Part shown: piece by piece, positions 16,886-25,149 of the stretch
How positions within the stretch are numbered: the stretch's first letter is position 1
How the letters are laid out: the number at the start of each line of letters is the position of its first letter
DNA from: Moorella sp. UBA4076
GTDB taxonomy: Bacteria; Bacillota; DSM-521; Neomoorellales; Neomoorellaceae
Reading direction: 5' to 3'
Assembly: GCA_002383405.1 (NCBI GenBank)
Contig: DFYS01000099.1
Span: 20,525-55,543 of the forward strand
DNA length: 35,019 nt
Notes under the pieces: model-generated
The model's database searches: none
Seen by the model: only the letters and a program-made list of their open reading frames with translations
Told to the model about the DNA's origin: nothing
Position numbers and translations under genes: made by a program

Positions 16886-17761
16886 GTGCTCAAGCTACAG
16901 GAATTTTGCCAACCGGTAGAGTTAAAGAAGGCCCTGGACCTACTGGCAGTTGCCGGAGACCAATTAAAGCCCCTGGCCGGCGGGACAGATCTTATACCTG
17001 CTGCTCGCCAGGGCGAATTGAAAATTAAGGGGTTCCTGGATCTTTCCCGGTTAGAGGAATTAAAGGGGATAAAGGAAGAGGGCCGGGAAATACACCTTGG
17101 CAGCCTGACCACCTTTAGCCAGCTGGAATTATCTCCATTAATCAAGGACCAGGTCCCTCTGCTGGCGGAAGCAGCGTCTACAGTCGGCTCGCCGCAGATA
17201 AGAAACCAGGGAACTATTGGCGGGAATATCGCCAATGCTTCGCCGGCAGCCGATACGGTAACAGCCCTGGTAGCCCTGGAAGCGCAGGCCAGGCTGGTTT
17301 CCAGCCAGGGAATAAGGGTGGTACCTGTCGATGAATTGCTGTGTGGCATGGGAGAGACCGGTATTCAACCCCAGGAAATTATCCAGGAGGTATTCTTTGC
17401 CATCCCGCCGCCGGAAAACAGAAACGGTTTTGTCAAACTGGGACGGCGTAAAGCCCTGGCTATCGCCAGGATGAATATGGCTGTGATTATTACCCTGGAG
17501 GACGGCGTCATAACCCGAGCCAGGGTAGCCCTGGGGGCCGTAGGCCCCAATCCCTACCGCAATCAGATCCTAGAAGGAGTGCTGGAAGGTCGGAAACCCT
17601 CACCCTCTTTACTTGAGGAGTTTACCAGCGAAGCGGAACAGGAAGTAGCGGCAAAGCTGGGTCCGCGGCCTTCCGCGCCCTATAAACGGGAAGCAATCAA
17701 AGGAATAGCGCGCGATTTATTATCCAGGTTGTTTTTTGGCAATGGTCAGGTGGTGGCATAA
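16886..17761 (+). CDS. ndhF: Nicotinate dehydrogenase FAD subunit (xanthine dehydrogenase family)
   Basis: PLAGGTDL, VGSPQIRNQGTIGGNIANASPAAD and KLGRRKALAIAR. Start moved to GTG 16886 behind AAGGA (291 aa). Assignment supported by cluster context. Confidence 0.85.
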   Translation: MLKLQEFCQPVELKKALDLLAVAGDQLKPLAGGTDLIPAARQGELKIKGFLDLSRLEELKGIKEEGREIHLGSLTTFSQLELSPLIKDQVPLLAEAASTVGSPQIRNQGTIGGNIANASPAADTVTALVALEAQARLVSSQGIRVVPVDELLCGMGETGIQPQEIIQEVFFAIPPPENRNGFVKLGRRKALAIARMNMAVIITLEDGVITRARVALGAVGPNPYRNQILEGVLEGRKPSPSLLEEFTSEAEQEVAAKLGPRPSAPYKREAIKGIARDLLSRLFFGNGQVVA

Positions 17762-18256
17762 ATGGCAGCTTTTCATCTGGAAATGAAGGTTAACGGTGAA
17801 CTGGTGGCAGTAGATATCGATCCAGGGATGCGTTTGCTGGACGTTTTACGTGAGGTTTTACACCTTACGGGAACAAAAGAAGGATGCGGCGAGGGCGAGT
17901 GCGGCGCCTGTTCCGTAATCCTTGATGGCGAATTGGTGGATTCCTGCCTGGTAATGGCGCCCCAGGCCTATGGTAAAGAAGTAGTCACTATCGAGGGCGT
18001 TGCCGCTCTGGGGCAACTCCATCCCTTGCAGGAGGCTTTTATAGAGGCCGGCGCTGTCCAGTGCGGTTTTTGTACCCCGGGGATGATTCTGGCGGCCAAA
18101 GTTCTCCTGGATCACAACCCCAACCCTGATCGTCAGGAAATAGCCCGGGCGATTTCCGGCAACCTTTGCCGTTGCACCGGCTATAGCAAGATTATAAAGG
18201 CTGTGGAGATAGCAGCATCTAGAATAAAAGCGGAAGCAGGTGCTGCCAGTGATTGA
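17762..18256 (+). CDS. ndhS: Nicotinate dehydrogenase 2x[2Fe-2S] subunit
   Basis: GTKEGCGEGECGAC...SCL and QCGFCTPG...NLCRCTGY. Confidence 0.88.
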   Translation: MAAFHLEMKVNGELVAVDIDPGMRLLDVLREVLHLTGTKEGCGEGECGACSVILDGELVDSCLVMAPQAYGKEVVTIEGVAALGQLHPLQEAFIEAGAVQCGFCTPGMILAAKVLLDHNPNPDRQEIARAISGNLCRCTGYSKIIKAVEIAASRIKAEAGAASD

Positions 18257-19523
18257 AAAAAATATTGTCGGCCAGTCAGTACCAAAGGTAGACGCTTTCG
18301 GAAAAGTAACGGGCCAGACGCGATATGCAGCTGATCTGGATATAGCGGGCGCCCTGCATCTTAAGGTCCTGCGGAGTAAAGTAGCCCATGGCCTGGTAAA
18401 GAAGATAGACACTTCCCGGGCCTTAAAGATACCTGGGGTAACGGCTGTATTTACCCATGCCGATATTCCCGGCAGCAATAGTTATGGTATTATCGTCAAG
18501 GATCAACCGGTCCTTACCAATAAAGTACGTTTTAAAGGTGATGCTATAGCCCTGGTAGCCGCAGAGGAAGAAAGCATTGCCGTAAAAGCACTGGATGCTA
18601 TTGCAGTAGAAATTGAAGAACTGCCGCCCCTGTTTGACATCCAGGCGGCTATGGCCGCAGGAGCCCCGGCCATTCATGACAATGGCAATGTCCTTACGGT
18701 AACGAAAATCAAAAGGGGTAACGTCGAAGCGGCCCTGGACCAGGCAGCTGCGGTAGTAAGCAGGCGGTATACCACCCAGAGGGTGGAGCACGGCTATATC
18801 GAAACCGAAGCCGGTATTGCCTACATGGAGAATGATATGCTGATTATTAAAGCAGGCACCCAGAATCCCCACTATGACCGCAGGGATGCAGCTCGTGTCC
18901 TGGGGCTTCCGATAAATAAAGTCCGGGTCATCCAGACGGCGACCGGCGGCGGTTTTGGCGGCAAACTGGATATTTCCGTTCAGTGTTTCCTGGGCCTGGC
19001 CGCCCTGAAGCTGGGGAGGCCGGTGAAGATAGTTTATGACCGCCAGGAATCCTTCGTGGCTACCGCCAAAAGGCATCCCTTCATTGTCGATTATACCAGC
19101 GTAGCAGCAGCAGACGGGCGATTGCTGGCGGTTAAAGCCAGGATTTTCGGTGATACAGGGGCCTACGCCTCTTATGGGCCGGCAACATTGACGCGGGCGG
19201 CGGTACACGCTACCGGCCCCTACGAGGTCCCCAATGTTGATCTAGAGGCCTTCTGTGTATATACCAATAACTCTTTCAGTGGTGCCATGCGCGGTTTCGG
19301 TACGCCGCAGATAGCCTTTGTTTTTGAGAGCCAGATGGATTTGCTGGCGCGAGAACTGAAAATGAGCCCCCTGGAAATCAGGCGGCGCAATGTTTTACGT
19401 CCTGGCTCGATTACTGCCACCGGGCAGGAATTAACCAGCAGCGTAGGCATTGCCAAAACCCTGGAGGCGGCCTGGGCCAGGGCCCTGGAAGTCATGCCCG
19501 GCCTGGGGGGTGATTGCAGGTGA
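18249..19523 (+). CDS. ndhL: Nicotinate dehydrogenase large molybdopterin subunit
   Basis: N-terminal half of a split Mo-hydroxylase, about 425 aa: TQNPHYDR, TGGGFGGKLDISVQC, KRHP, GDTGAYASYGPA..TR and GAMRGFG.PQ, closely resembling E. barkeri NdhL as I recall it. GTG 18249 is preferred over 18240 on RBS spacing. Confidence 0.88.
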   Translation: MIEKNIVGQSVPKVDAFGKVTGQTRYAADLDIAGALHLKVLRSKVAHGLVKKIDTSRALKIPGVTAVFTHADIPGSNSYGIIVKDQPVLTNKVRFKGDAIALVAAEEESIAVKALDAIAVEIEELPPLFDIQAAMAAGAPAIHDNGNVLTVTKIKRGNVEAALDQAAAVVSRRYTTQRVEHGYIETEAGIAYMENDMLIIKAGTQNPHYDRRDAARVLGLPINKVRVIQTATGGGFGGKLDISVQCFLGLAALKLGRPVKIVYDRQESFVATAKRHPFIVDYTSVAAADGRLLAVKARIFGDTGAYASYGPATLTRAAVHATGPYEVPNVDLEAFCVYTNNSFSGAMRGFGTPQIAFVFESQMDLLARELKMSPLEIRRRNVLRPGSITATGQELTSSVGIAKTLEAAWARALEVMPGLGGDCR

Positions 19524-20524
19524 AGAAGCGTGGTTTTGGCATCGGCTGTATGTCGTACGGCATTGGTAATACGGGTCTTCCCAACCCGGCCGGAGCTTTT
19601 GTCGATTTCCTCGATGATGGCACAGTTATCGTCCTGACGGGCTGTGCCGATATCGGCCAGGGGTCCAGTACCATTCTGGCCCAGATAGCAGCTGAGACTC
19701 TGGGAGTTGCCTTTGAAGATGTAGTTGTTGTGGCTGGGGATACAGGGGTGACACCGGATGCCGGAGCAACCTCGGCTTCCCGTCAGACGTATATTTCGGG
19801 TAATGCAGTTTTTGAGGCGGCCCGAAAGGCCAGGCAGGAGGTTATCGCCGGGGCTGCGGCTGTCCTGGGAGTGCCGCCGGAAGAGATCAACCTGAAAAAC
19901 GGCCGGGTATGGCATGGTGAAGAACCAACCAGTCTAAGCATTAAAGAAGTTATCTCTAAATGCCGGAGTGAAGGGATTTTAACCCTGGGTCACGGCTGGT
20001 TCAACCCCGCCACTACCAGACTGGACCCGGCTACCGGCCAGGGTATACCCTATGCCACTTATGCTTTTGCCACCCAGGTGGCCGAGGTCGAAGTGGACAC
20101 GGAAACAGGTATCGTCGAAGTTAAAAGAATAGTTGCCGCCCATGATGTTGGCCGGGCGATTAACCCGCAGAACGTCGAAGGTCAAATTGAGAGCGGTTGC
20201 AGTATGGGTATCGGCTACGCTCTTTTGGAAGAAGTAGTAGTTAAAGAAGGCGAGATTCAAAATCCGGCTTTTTCCACCTATTTAATGCCAACGGCTATGG
20301 ATGTACCGGAAGTATATCCGATAATTGTTGAAGAACTAGAACCAACCGGCCCTTACGGCGCCAAAGGGGTGGGGGAGCCGGCCCTGGTGCCCACGGCGGC
20401 GGCCATCACCAACGCTGTTGCCGACGCATTGGGACTCCGCTTTTATGATTTGCCGCTAACACCCGAAAGGGTTGTGGCCGAAATAAAAAAGTCCAGAGAG
20501 AAAAAGGAGGATGATGGTCAATGA
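19520..20524 (+). CDS. ndhM: Nicotinate dehydrogenase medium molybdopterin subunit
   Basis: Begins MKKRG.G.G.M.YGIGNTGLPNPA, as E. barkeri NdhM does. ADIGQGS, ATSASRQT, and catalytic Glu in GAKGVGEP. GTG 19520 overlaps the ndhL stop (GTGA), with GGGGGTG RBS. Confidence 0.88.
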   Translation: MKKRGFGIGCMSYGIGNTGLPNPAGAFVDFLDDGTVIVLTGCADIGQGSSTILAQIAAETLGVAFEDVVVVAGDTGVTPDAGATSASRQTYISGNAVFEAARKARQEVIAGAAAVLGVPPEEINLKNGRVWHGEEPTSLSIKEVISKCRSEGILTLGHGWFNPATTRLDPATGQGIPYATYAFATQVAEVEVDTETGIVEVKRIVAAHDVGRAINPQNVEGQIESGCSMGIGYALLEEVVVKEGEIQNPAFSTYLMPTAMDVPEVYPIIVEELEPTGPYGAKGVGEPALVPTAAAITNAVADALGLRFYDLPLTPERVVAEIKKSREKKEDDGQ

Positions 20525-21684
20525 GCGTGGTGGTTATTACAAACATCGGCACCATAGTCAGCGGTGACATCAACCAGCCTCTGCTGGAGGGTAACACCAT
20601 TCTGATCAAAGACGGCTTGATTACTGCTGTGGGTGGCGAGGACATCCTCCAGGGAATAAGCCCGGAGGTGACAATCGACGCCGGCGGGATGACCGTAACC
20701 CCAGGACTGATTGACTCCCACGTTCACCCGGTGCTGGGAGATTACACGCCCCGGCAAAAAACGGCGGATTATATTTCCAGTTCCCTGCATGGCGGCGTGA
20801 CTACCATGATTTCCGCCGGCGAGGCCCACACCCCCGGGCGGCCCAAAGACCCGGCCGGCACCAAAGCCCTGGCTGTTTTAGCCCACAAATCCTTTGCTAA
20901 CGCCCGGCCGGCGGGAGTAAAAGTCCACGGCGGCGCCCTCATCCTGGAACCGGGCTTGACGGAAGCCGACTTTGCCGAACTGGCAGCGGCTGGTGTCTGG
21001 CTGGTAGGCGAGATTGGCCTGGGCGGTGTCAAGACGGCGGAACAGGCAGCGCCGATGGTGGCGTGGGCCCATAAGTATGGCTTCAAAGTAGCTATGCACA
21101 CCGGCGGCACCTCCATCCCGGGAAGTTCTACGGTTACCGCGGCCCAGGTGATGGCCACCAAACCGGATGTCGTTTCCCACCTCAACGGCGGCCCCACCGC
21201 CATCCCGGAGGAAGAGGTGGTGAAAATTATCGATGAGACTGATTTTGCGGTGGAAATAGTCCAGTGCGGCAACTTCCGCATCGCCGACCTGATGGCTAAA
21301 AGGTTGCAGGAACGCAACGAGCTGTACCGCCTGATCCTGGGCAACGACGCTCCTTCCGGTACCGGTATTATTCCCCTGGGCATCTTAAGGAATATCGCCT
21401 TCCTGGCCTCGGTATCCGGGATTCCGGCTGCCGAGGCAGTAGCGGCGGCTACGGGTAATACCGCCCGCGTCTACGGCCTTAACACCGGTGTTATCGCTCC
21501 GGGAAAAGAAGCCGACCTGGTACTCATGGACGCCCCCCTGGGTTCAGCGGGCAGGGATGCCCTGGCTGCCCTGGCTGCCGGCGACCTGCCTGGCGTAGCC
21601 CTGGTCCTGGTCGACGGGGAAATCAAGGCTGAAATCAGCCGCAACACGCCGCCGGCTACCAGAAAGGTAAACATAAAAAAATAG
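20521..21684 (+). CDS. ena: Enamidase (6-oxo-1,4,5,6-tetrahydronicotinate hydrolase, amidohydrolase superfamily)
   Basis: 387 aa. NIGTIVSGDI, DSHVH, GDYTPRQ, LHGGVTTMISAG, GEIGLG, MHTGGTSIPGS, SHLNGGPTA, GNDAPSGTG and SRNTPPA. Binuclear metal ligands are intact and the sequence closely follows E. barkeri Ena. Confidence 0.93.
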   Translation: MSVVVITNIGTIVSGDINQPLLEGNTILIKDGLITAVGGEDILQGISPEVTIDAGGMTVTPGLIDSHVHPVLGDYTPRQKTADYISSSLHGGVTTMISAGEAHTPGRPKDPAGTKALAVLAHKSFANARPAGVKVHGGALILEPGLTEADFAELAAAGVWLVGEIGLGGVKTAEQAAPMVAWAHKYGFKVAMHTGGTSIPGSSTVTAAQVMATKPDVVSHLNGGPTAIPEEEVVKIIDETDFAVEIVQCGNFRIADLMAKRLQERNELYRLILGNDAPSGTGIIPLGILRNIAFLASVSGIPAAEAVAAATGNTARVYGLNTGVIAPGKEADLVLMDAPLGSAGRDALAALAAGDLPGVALVLVDGEIKAEISRNTPPATRKVNIKK

Positions 21685-21760
21685 GATCTCTACGTCGCTA
21701 GACAACATTAATACCGGTGAAAACCTAGAAGCTATTCATTAGTGTAACCAGGAGGCCTGG

Positions 21761-23272
21761 ATGATGGTCAGGATTGACCTGGAACTATGCAACGGCTGTG
21801 GCCTTTGCGCCCGGAATTGCCCCCTGGAATGCATAACCATAGCCGAAAAAAAGGCCGTTATAGGGGCCGGGTGTTCTTCCTGCGGTATCTGTACCCGGGT
21901 CTGTAACCGGGGTGCGGCGCAAAAGGTAGATGAAGCTTATGCGGGGAGTGTCACCTGCAGCCATTGCCCGGTCCAGTGCCAGGTCCAGGAGGGCTTTACC
22001 GGCGCCTGCCGCCGTTATACCAATATTAAAGGGCAACTGGTCCGCAACCGGCCGCTGGTAACCAGCGTCCCCAAACCCACCCTGCCGCCACCGGAAATAG
22101 AATGGCCCTTAATCACGGCCATCGGTGCCGGGACCGAGTATCCCTGCCCGCGCCCGGCTCCCTATATCGTCCAGGGCCAGCGGGGCGGCATCGAGGTTGT
22201 AACCGTTGTTACGGAAGCTCCTTTAAGCTATAGCGGTATTAAAGTCAAGATCGATACTAACTTGCATATTGGCGAAGAAGGCGCCAGGGTGCGCCGCGAC
22301 GGCCAGGTAGTGGGGATGGTTGATACTGAGGAATATGGCTCCAAAATGCTCTATATCGGCGGCGCTAACCTCTTAACCGGCAAGTCGGGTTTTATGGCCG
22401 CCCGGACGATTGTCGACCTGGCCAACGGGCGGCGGGTGACCTTAAAGGTTGAAAACGGTGGTAAGCTGGTACTCCAGGTGGGGCACCGCCCGGTGATCGA
22501 CGGTCAGGAAGATACTACCATGCGGGTGGGGTGTGGCAGCGCCACCATCGGTCTCTTCGCCCGTGACCTGAAAGGGGTGGTGGATGAAGCCATTATCCTC
22601 GACCACCATATTATCGGCCTCTTTTCTGAGCACCTGGCCGGCCAGGAAGTCGGTATGACCTACAGTGGCGTCGTCCCGGCCGGGCGCAAGAGCACCCGCG
22701 GTCGATATTTCGGCGATCCCGGCAACGGTTGGGGAGGTACGGCCATTACCGACCCCCGCCAGGCCATCAAAGCCGTTGATATGAATGTCGCCAGGCCGGG
22801 GATGCGCATCCTCGTCACCGAAACTACGGCCCGTAAGGCGGCTCTGTTTGAGGTACAGCCTGACGGGGATGTCCGGGAGATACCCCTTACACCGGAGGTG
22901 CGAAAGGTAATCGAGCTTATTGCTTCCAACTGCGAGGAAGCCCGGGTGGCGGCCCTGTACGTCGGCGGTACCGGCGGTTCGGCCCGGGCCGGGGTGACTA
23001 CATTGCCGGTAGAGCTTACCAGGGCCGTCCACCGGGGTGAAATAAAACTGACCATCGGGGGAGCGCCGGCCATGCTTCTGCCCGGTGGCGGTATCAATTT
23101 CATGGTGGATGTGGAAAAGGTGGCTGCCCCGGAGGCCTTTTACTGGGTGCCGACGCCGGCTACGGTGGCTCCGGTGGAATATACCATGTTGAAGAGTACC
23201 TATGAACGTATCGGCGGCCACTTACACCGCCTGCGCTTTGTGGAAGAAGTTGTAGCCGGGGTCAGGGATTAA
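21761..23272 (+). CDS. hnr: 6-hydroxynicotinate reductase (Fe-S flavoprotein)
   Basis: About 503 aa. N-terminal 2x[4Fe-4S] motifs (CNGCGLC...CP and CSSCGIC...C), extra CSHCPVQC...C cluster motif, VTVVTE..LSY.G.KVKIDT, MRVGCGSATIG, GGSARAGVT, PGGGI and VPTPA.VAPVEYT. AGGAGG RBS; the start could be 21764. Confidence 0.9.
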   Translation: MMVRIDLELCNGCGLCARNCPLECITIAEKKAVIGAGCSSCGICTRVCNRGAAQKVDEAYAGSVTCSHCPVQCQVQEGFTGACRRYTNIKGQLVRNRPLVTSVPKPTLPPPEIEWPLITAIGAGTEYPCPRPAPYIVQGQRGGIEVVTVVTEAPLSYSGIKVKIDTNLHIGEEGARVRRDGQVVGMVDTEEYGSKMLYIGGANLLTGKSGFMAARTIVDLANGRRVTLKVENGGKLVLQVGHRPVIDGQEDTTMRVGCGSATIGLFARDLKGVVDEAIILDHHIIGLFSEHLAGQEVGMTYSGVVPAGRKSTRGRYFGDPGNGWGGTAITDPRQAIKAVDMNVARPGMRILVTETTARKAALFEVQPDGDVREIPLTPEVRKVIELIASNCEEARVAALYVGGTGGSARAGVTTLPVELTRAVHRGEIKLTIGGAPAMLLPGGGINFMVDVEKVAAPEAFYWVPTPATVAPVEYTMLKSTYERIGGHLHRLRFVEEVVAGVRD

Positions 23273-24108
23273 TGTTCCAAATGCTGGACCCCTTTCGCGC
23301 CCTGCTGGATATCGGCCCGGTGCAGATGAGCATTATGGCTGAACGCCGGGGGCAGCCTCTGGGACGGGAATGGCACCGGCTGGAAGGGCTGGTAACAGGA
23401 TGGCTGGAGGATTTAAAACGCTACCTGCCTCTCGCCCGGAAGCCGTGGCCTTTGCTTGCCAATCCGGAGGGCTGGCCGCGGGTCCTGGACCGGATGTATG
23501 CTGCCGTTAAAACTGCAGGAGATCCGAGTCTTACCCCCATGGCAGCCGTCGCCGGTACCATGGCGGAACTGGTGGGCGATTACCTGGTAAAACAGGGGGC
23601 AACCAAAGTCCTGGTCAATAACGGCGGCGATATTGCTCTCCGCCTCGGCCGGGGCGAGAAGACCCGGGTCGGCATCGCCCCCCGCCTGGGGGCGCCGCCC
23701 TCCCACTACCTGGACATCAGGGCGGGGGATCATATTGGCGGTATTGCCACCAGCGGCCGGGGCGGGCGCAGCTTTACCGTGGGGATTGCTGACGCAGCCG
23801 TAGCTATTGCTGCTTCGGCGGCGGTCGCCGACGCCTCTGCCACCGTCCTGGGCAATGCGGTGAATGTAGATTCCCCGTTGATCCAGCGCCGGCCGGCGCG
23901 GGAGCTTGACCCGGCTACCGATATCCCGGAACTCCTGGTGACCACGGTCGTCGGTCCCCTGCCGGAAGAATTACAGGTCGCGGCCCTGGAAAGGGGCATA
24001 GCAACAGGGCGGCGATTGGTAGAGGACGGGGCCCTCCTGGGGGCGGTAGTATACCTGAACGGTTTTACGCGCCAGTACCCGGAGGGCCTGGTCCATCCAA
24101 TTAACTGA
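23272..24108 (+). CDS. UPF0280 / ApbE-superfamily protein (putative cytoplasmic flavin transferase)
   Basis: LTPMAAVAG, VLVNNGGDIA, GIATSGRGGRSFTVGIADA and ADASAT..GN. No signal peptide. TAATG overlap with hnr. Confidence 0.82.
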   Translation: MFQMLDPFRALLDIGPVQMSIMAERRGQPLGREWHRLEGLVTGWLEDLKRYLPLARKPWPLLANPEGWPRVLDRMYAAVKTAGDPSLTPMAAVAGTMAELVGDYLVKQGATKVLVNNGGDIALRLGRGEKTRVGIAPRLGAPPSHYLDIRAGDHIGGIATSGRGGRSFTVGIADAAVAIAASAAVADASATVLGNAVNVDSPLIQRRPARELDPATDIPELLVTTVVGPLPEELQVAALERGIATGRRLVEDGALLGAVVYLNGFTRQYPEGLVHPIN

Positions 24109-24154
24109 GGTGCCTTTCATGGGGCTAACGCCTCCGCCAGCGCACAAGGAAAAC
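24109..24154 (+). repeat. Short REP-like intergenic repeat (TCATGG-hairpin-...-GAAAA family)
   Basis: TTCATGGGGCTAACGCCTCCGCC...GGAAAAC resembles modules at 11452-11495, 34219-34263 and, on the minus strand, the flanks of 10281-10409. The match is degenerate. Confidence 0.35.
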
Positions 24155-24348
24155 CTGCCCGGATCGCCGGGTGGGGATATACTTCCACCAGAAGATGCCA
24201 TTTCTGGCAGAAGTCTATTTTTGGAGCATGCCACCTGACATTTTGAGCGGATTATGCAAAGCAGTTTCGTAAAGGGGCGGACATCTGTTACCAGGGACAA
24301 AAACAGATGCCGGCTGTTAAAATTATTTTTCATCAGGAGGTAGTAGAC

Positions 24349-24927
24349 ATGGAAATCAGGAAAATCGTCACCATCGTTGAAGAGACGCTGATCGAAGGGG
24401 AAAAAACCCTGGAAAAGCCGGTACGTAAGGCAGCGGCGCTGGCAGTCATCAAGAACCCCTTCGCCGGCAGGTATGTAGAAGATCTTTCCGAACTGATGGA
24501 TGCCGGTGAAGAGCTGGGCGGATTATTGGGTAAAAAGGCAGTCGACGCCCTCGGCATTGATCCCAAAGATGTAGACAGCTACGGCAAAGCCGCCATTGTC
24601 GGCGAGAACGGGGAACTGGAGCATGCGGCCGCCATTTTACATCCCAAACTCGGCAAACCCTTCCGGGCGGCCGTCTTTGAAGGCAAGGCCATCATCCCCT
24701 CGGCCAAGAAACGGGGCGGCATGGGCACGCCTATCGACGTCCCCCTGCATTTTAAAAATGCCTGTTTTGTGCGCAGCCACTATGATGCCATGGAGGTACG
24801 GGTACCAGATGCGCCTAAAGCCGACGAGATTGTCGTCTGCGCCGTTGTAACCGAAGGGGGCCGGCCCCTGCCGCGGATCGGCGGGTTAAAGAAAGAAGAG
24901 GCCAAGTGTGAAGATGGTTTGCGGTAG
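24349..24927 (+). CDS. DUF1185 / AA_synth family protein of unknown function
   Basis: IRKIVTIVEE, VIKNPFAGRYVEDL, SYGKAAIVGENGELEHAAA, IDVPLHFK.A..VRSHYD and DAPKADEI. Start moved to ATG 24349 (CAGGAGG at 24334-24340), 192 aa. Confidence 0.88.
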   Translation: MEIRKIVTIVEETLIEGEKTLEKPVRKAAALAVIKNPFAGRYVEDLSELMDAGEELGGLLGKKAVDALGIDPKDVDSYGKAAIVGENGELEHAAAILHPKLGKPFRAAVFEGKAIIPSAKKRGGMGTPIDVPLHFKNACFVRSHYDAMEVRVPDAPKADEIVVCAVVTEGGRPLPRIGGLKKEEAKCEDGLR

Positions 24928-24930
24928 TTA

Positions 24931-24965
24931 GTAGCAGGCGGCAGGGCAACCTGCCGCCCCACTAC
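24931..24965 (+). other. GC-rich GNRA-capped hairpin without U-tail after the DUF1185 gene
   Basis: GGCGGCAGG-GCAA-CCTGCCGCC (24937-24958), extended by GTAG/CTAC. Confidence 0.6.
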
Positions 24966-25149
24966 ATTGGCAAGGGATAATCGCCTGTTACCATTACTGT
25001 ACGAAGCCAGCATTGACCGGACGAACTCAGCAATATCAACGATAGCGCCACCATCGTTCAGGCTAAGGACCACCGTTGGGCAGGTAGCTGCCAACAAAGA
25101 TATAAAGATGGGAATTAGAGATTTAGCAGTTTGTGAGGAGGAACGGCGG

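Noticed and set aside
16886-20524. Xanthine dehydrogenase or CO dehydrogenase, or a frameshifted xdhA pseudogene
   Set aside because: There is no CoxL AYRCSFR motif. The L/M split has its own RBS and a GTGA overlap and matches the nicotinate dehydrogenase architecture, and the neighbours are ena and hnr.
18249-20524. Selenocysteine recoding in the NDH subunits
   Set aside because: There is no internal in-frame TGA. The terminal TGAs overlap the next start codons in other frames, and Se in this enzyme class is a cofactor ligand.
24967-25149. N-terminal extensions in the ORF track (hgd; likewise dml 31736, mgm 27466, mnhF 3244, ndhF 16841, DUF1185 24307)
   Set aside because: Better SD sequences precede downstream starts where family homology begins, and the extensions overlap other genes or structured spacers.
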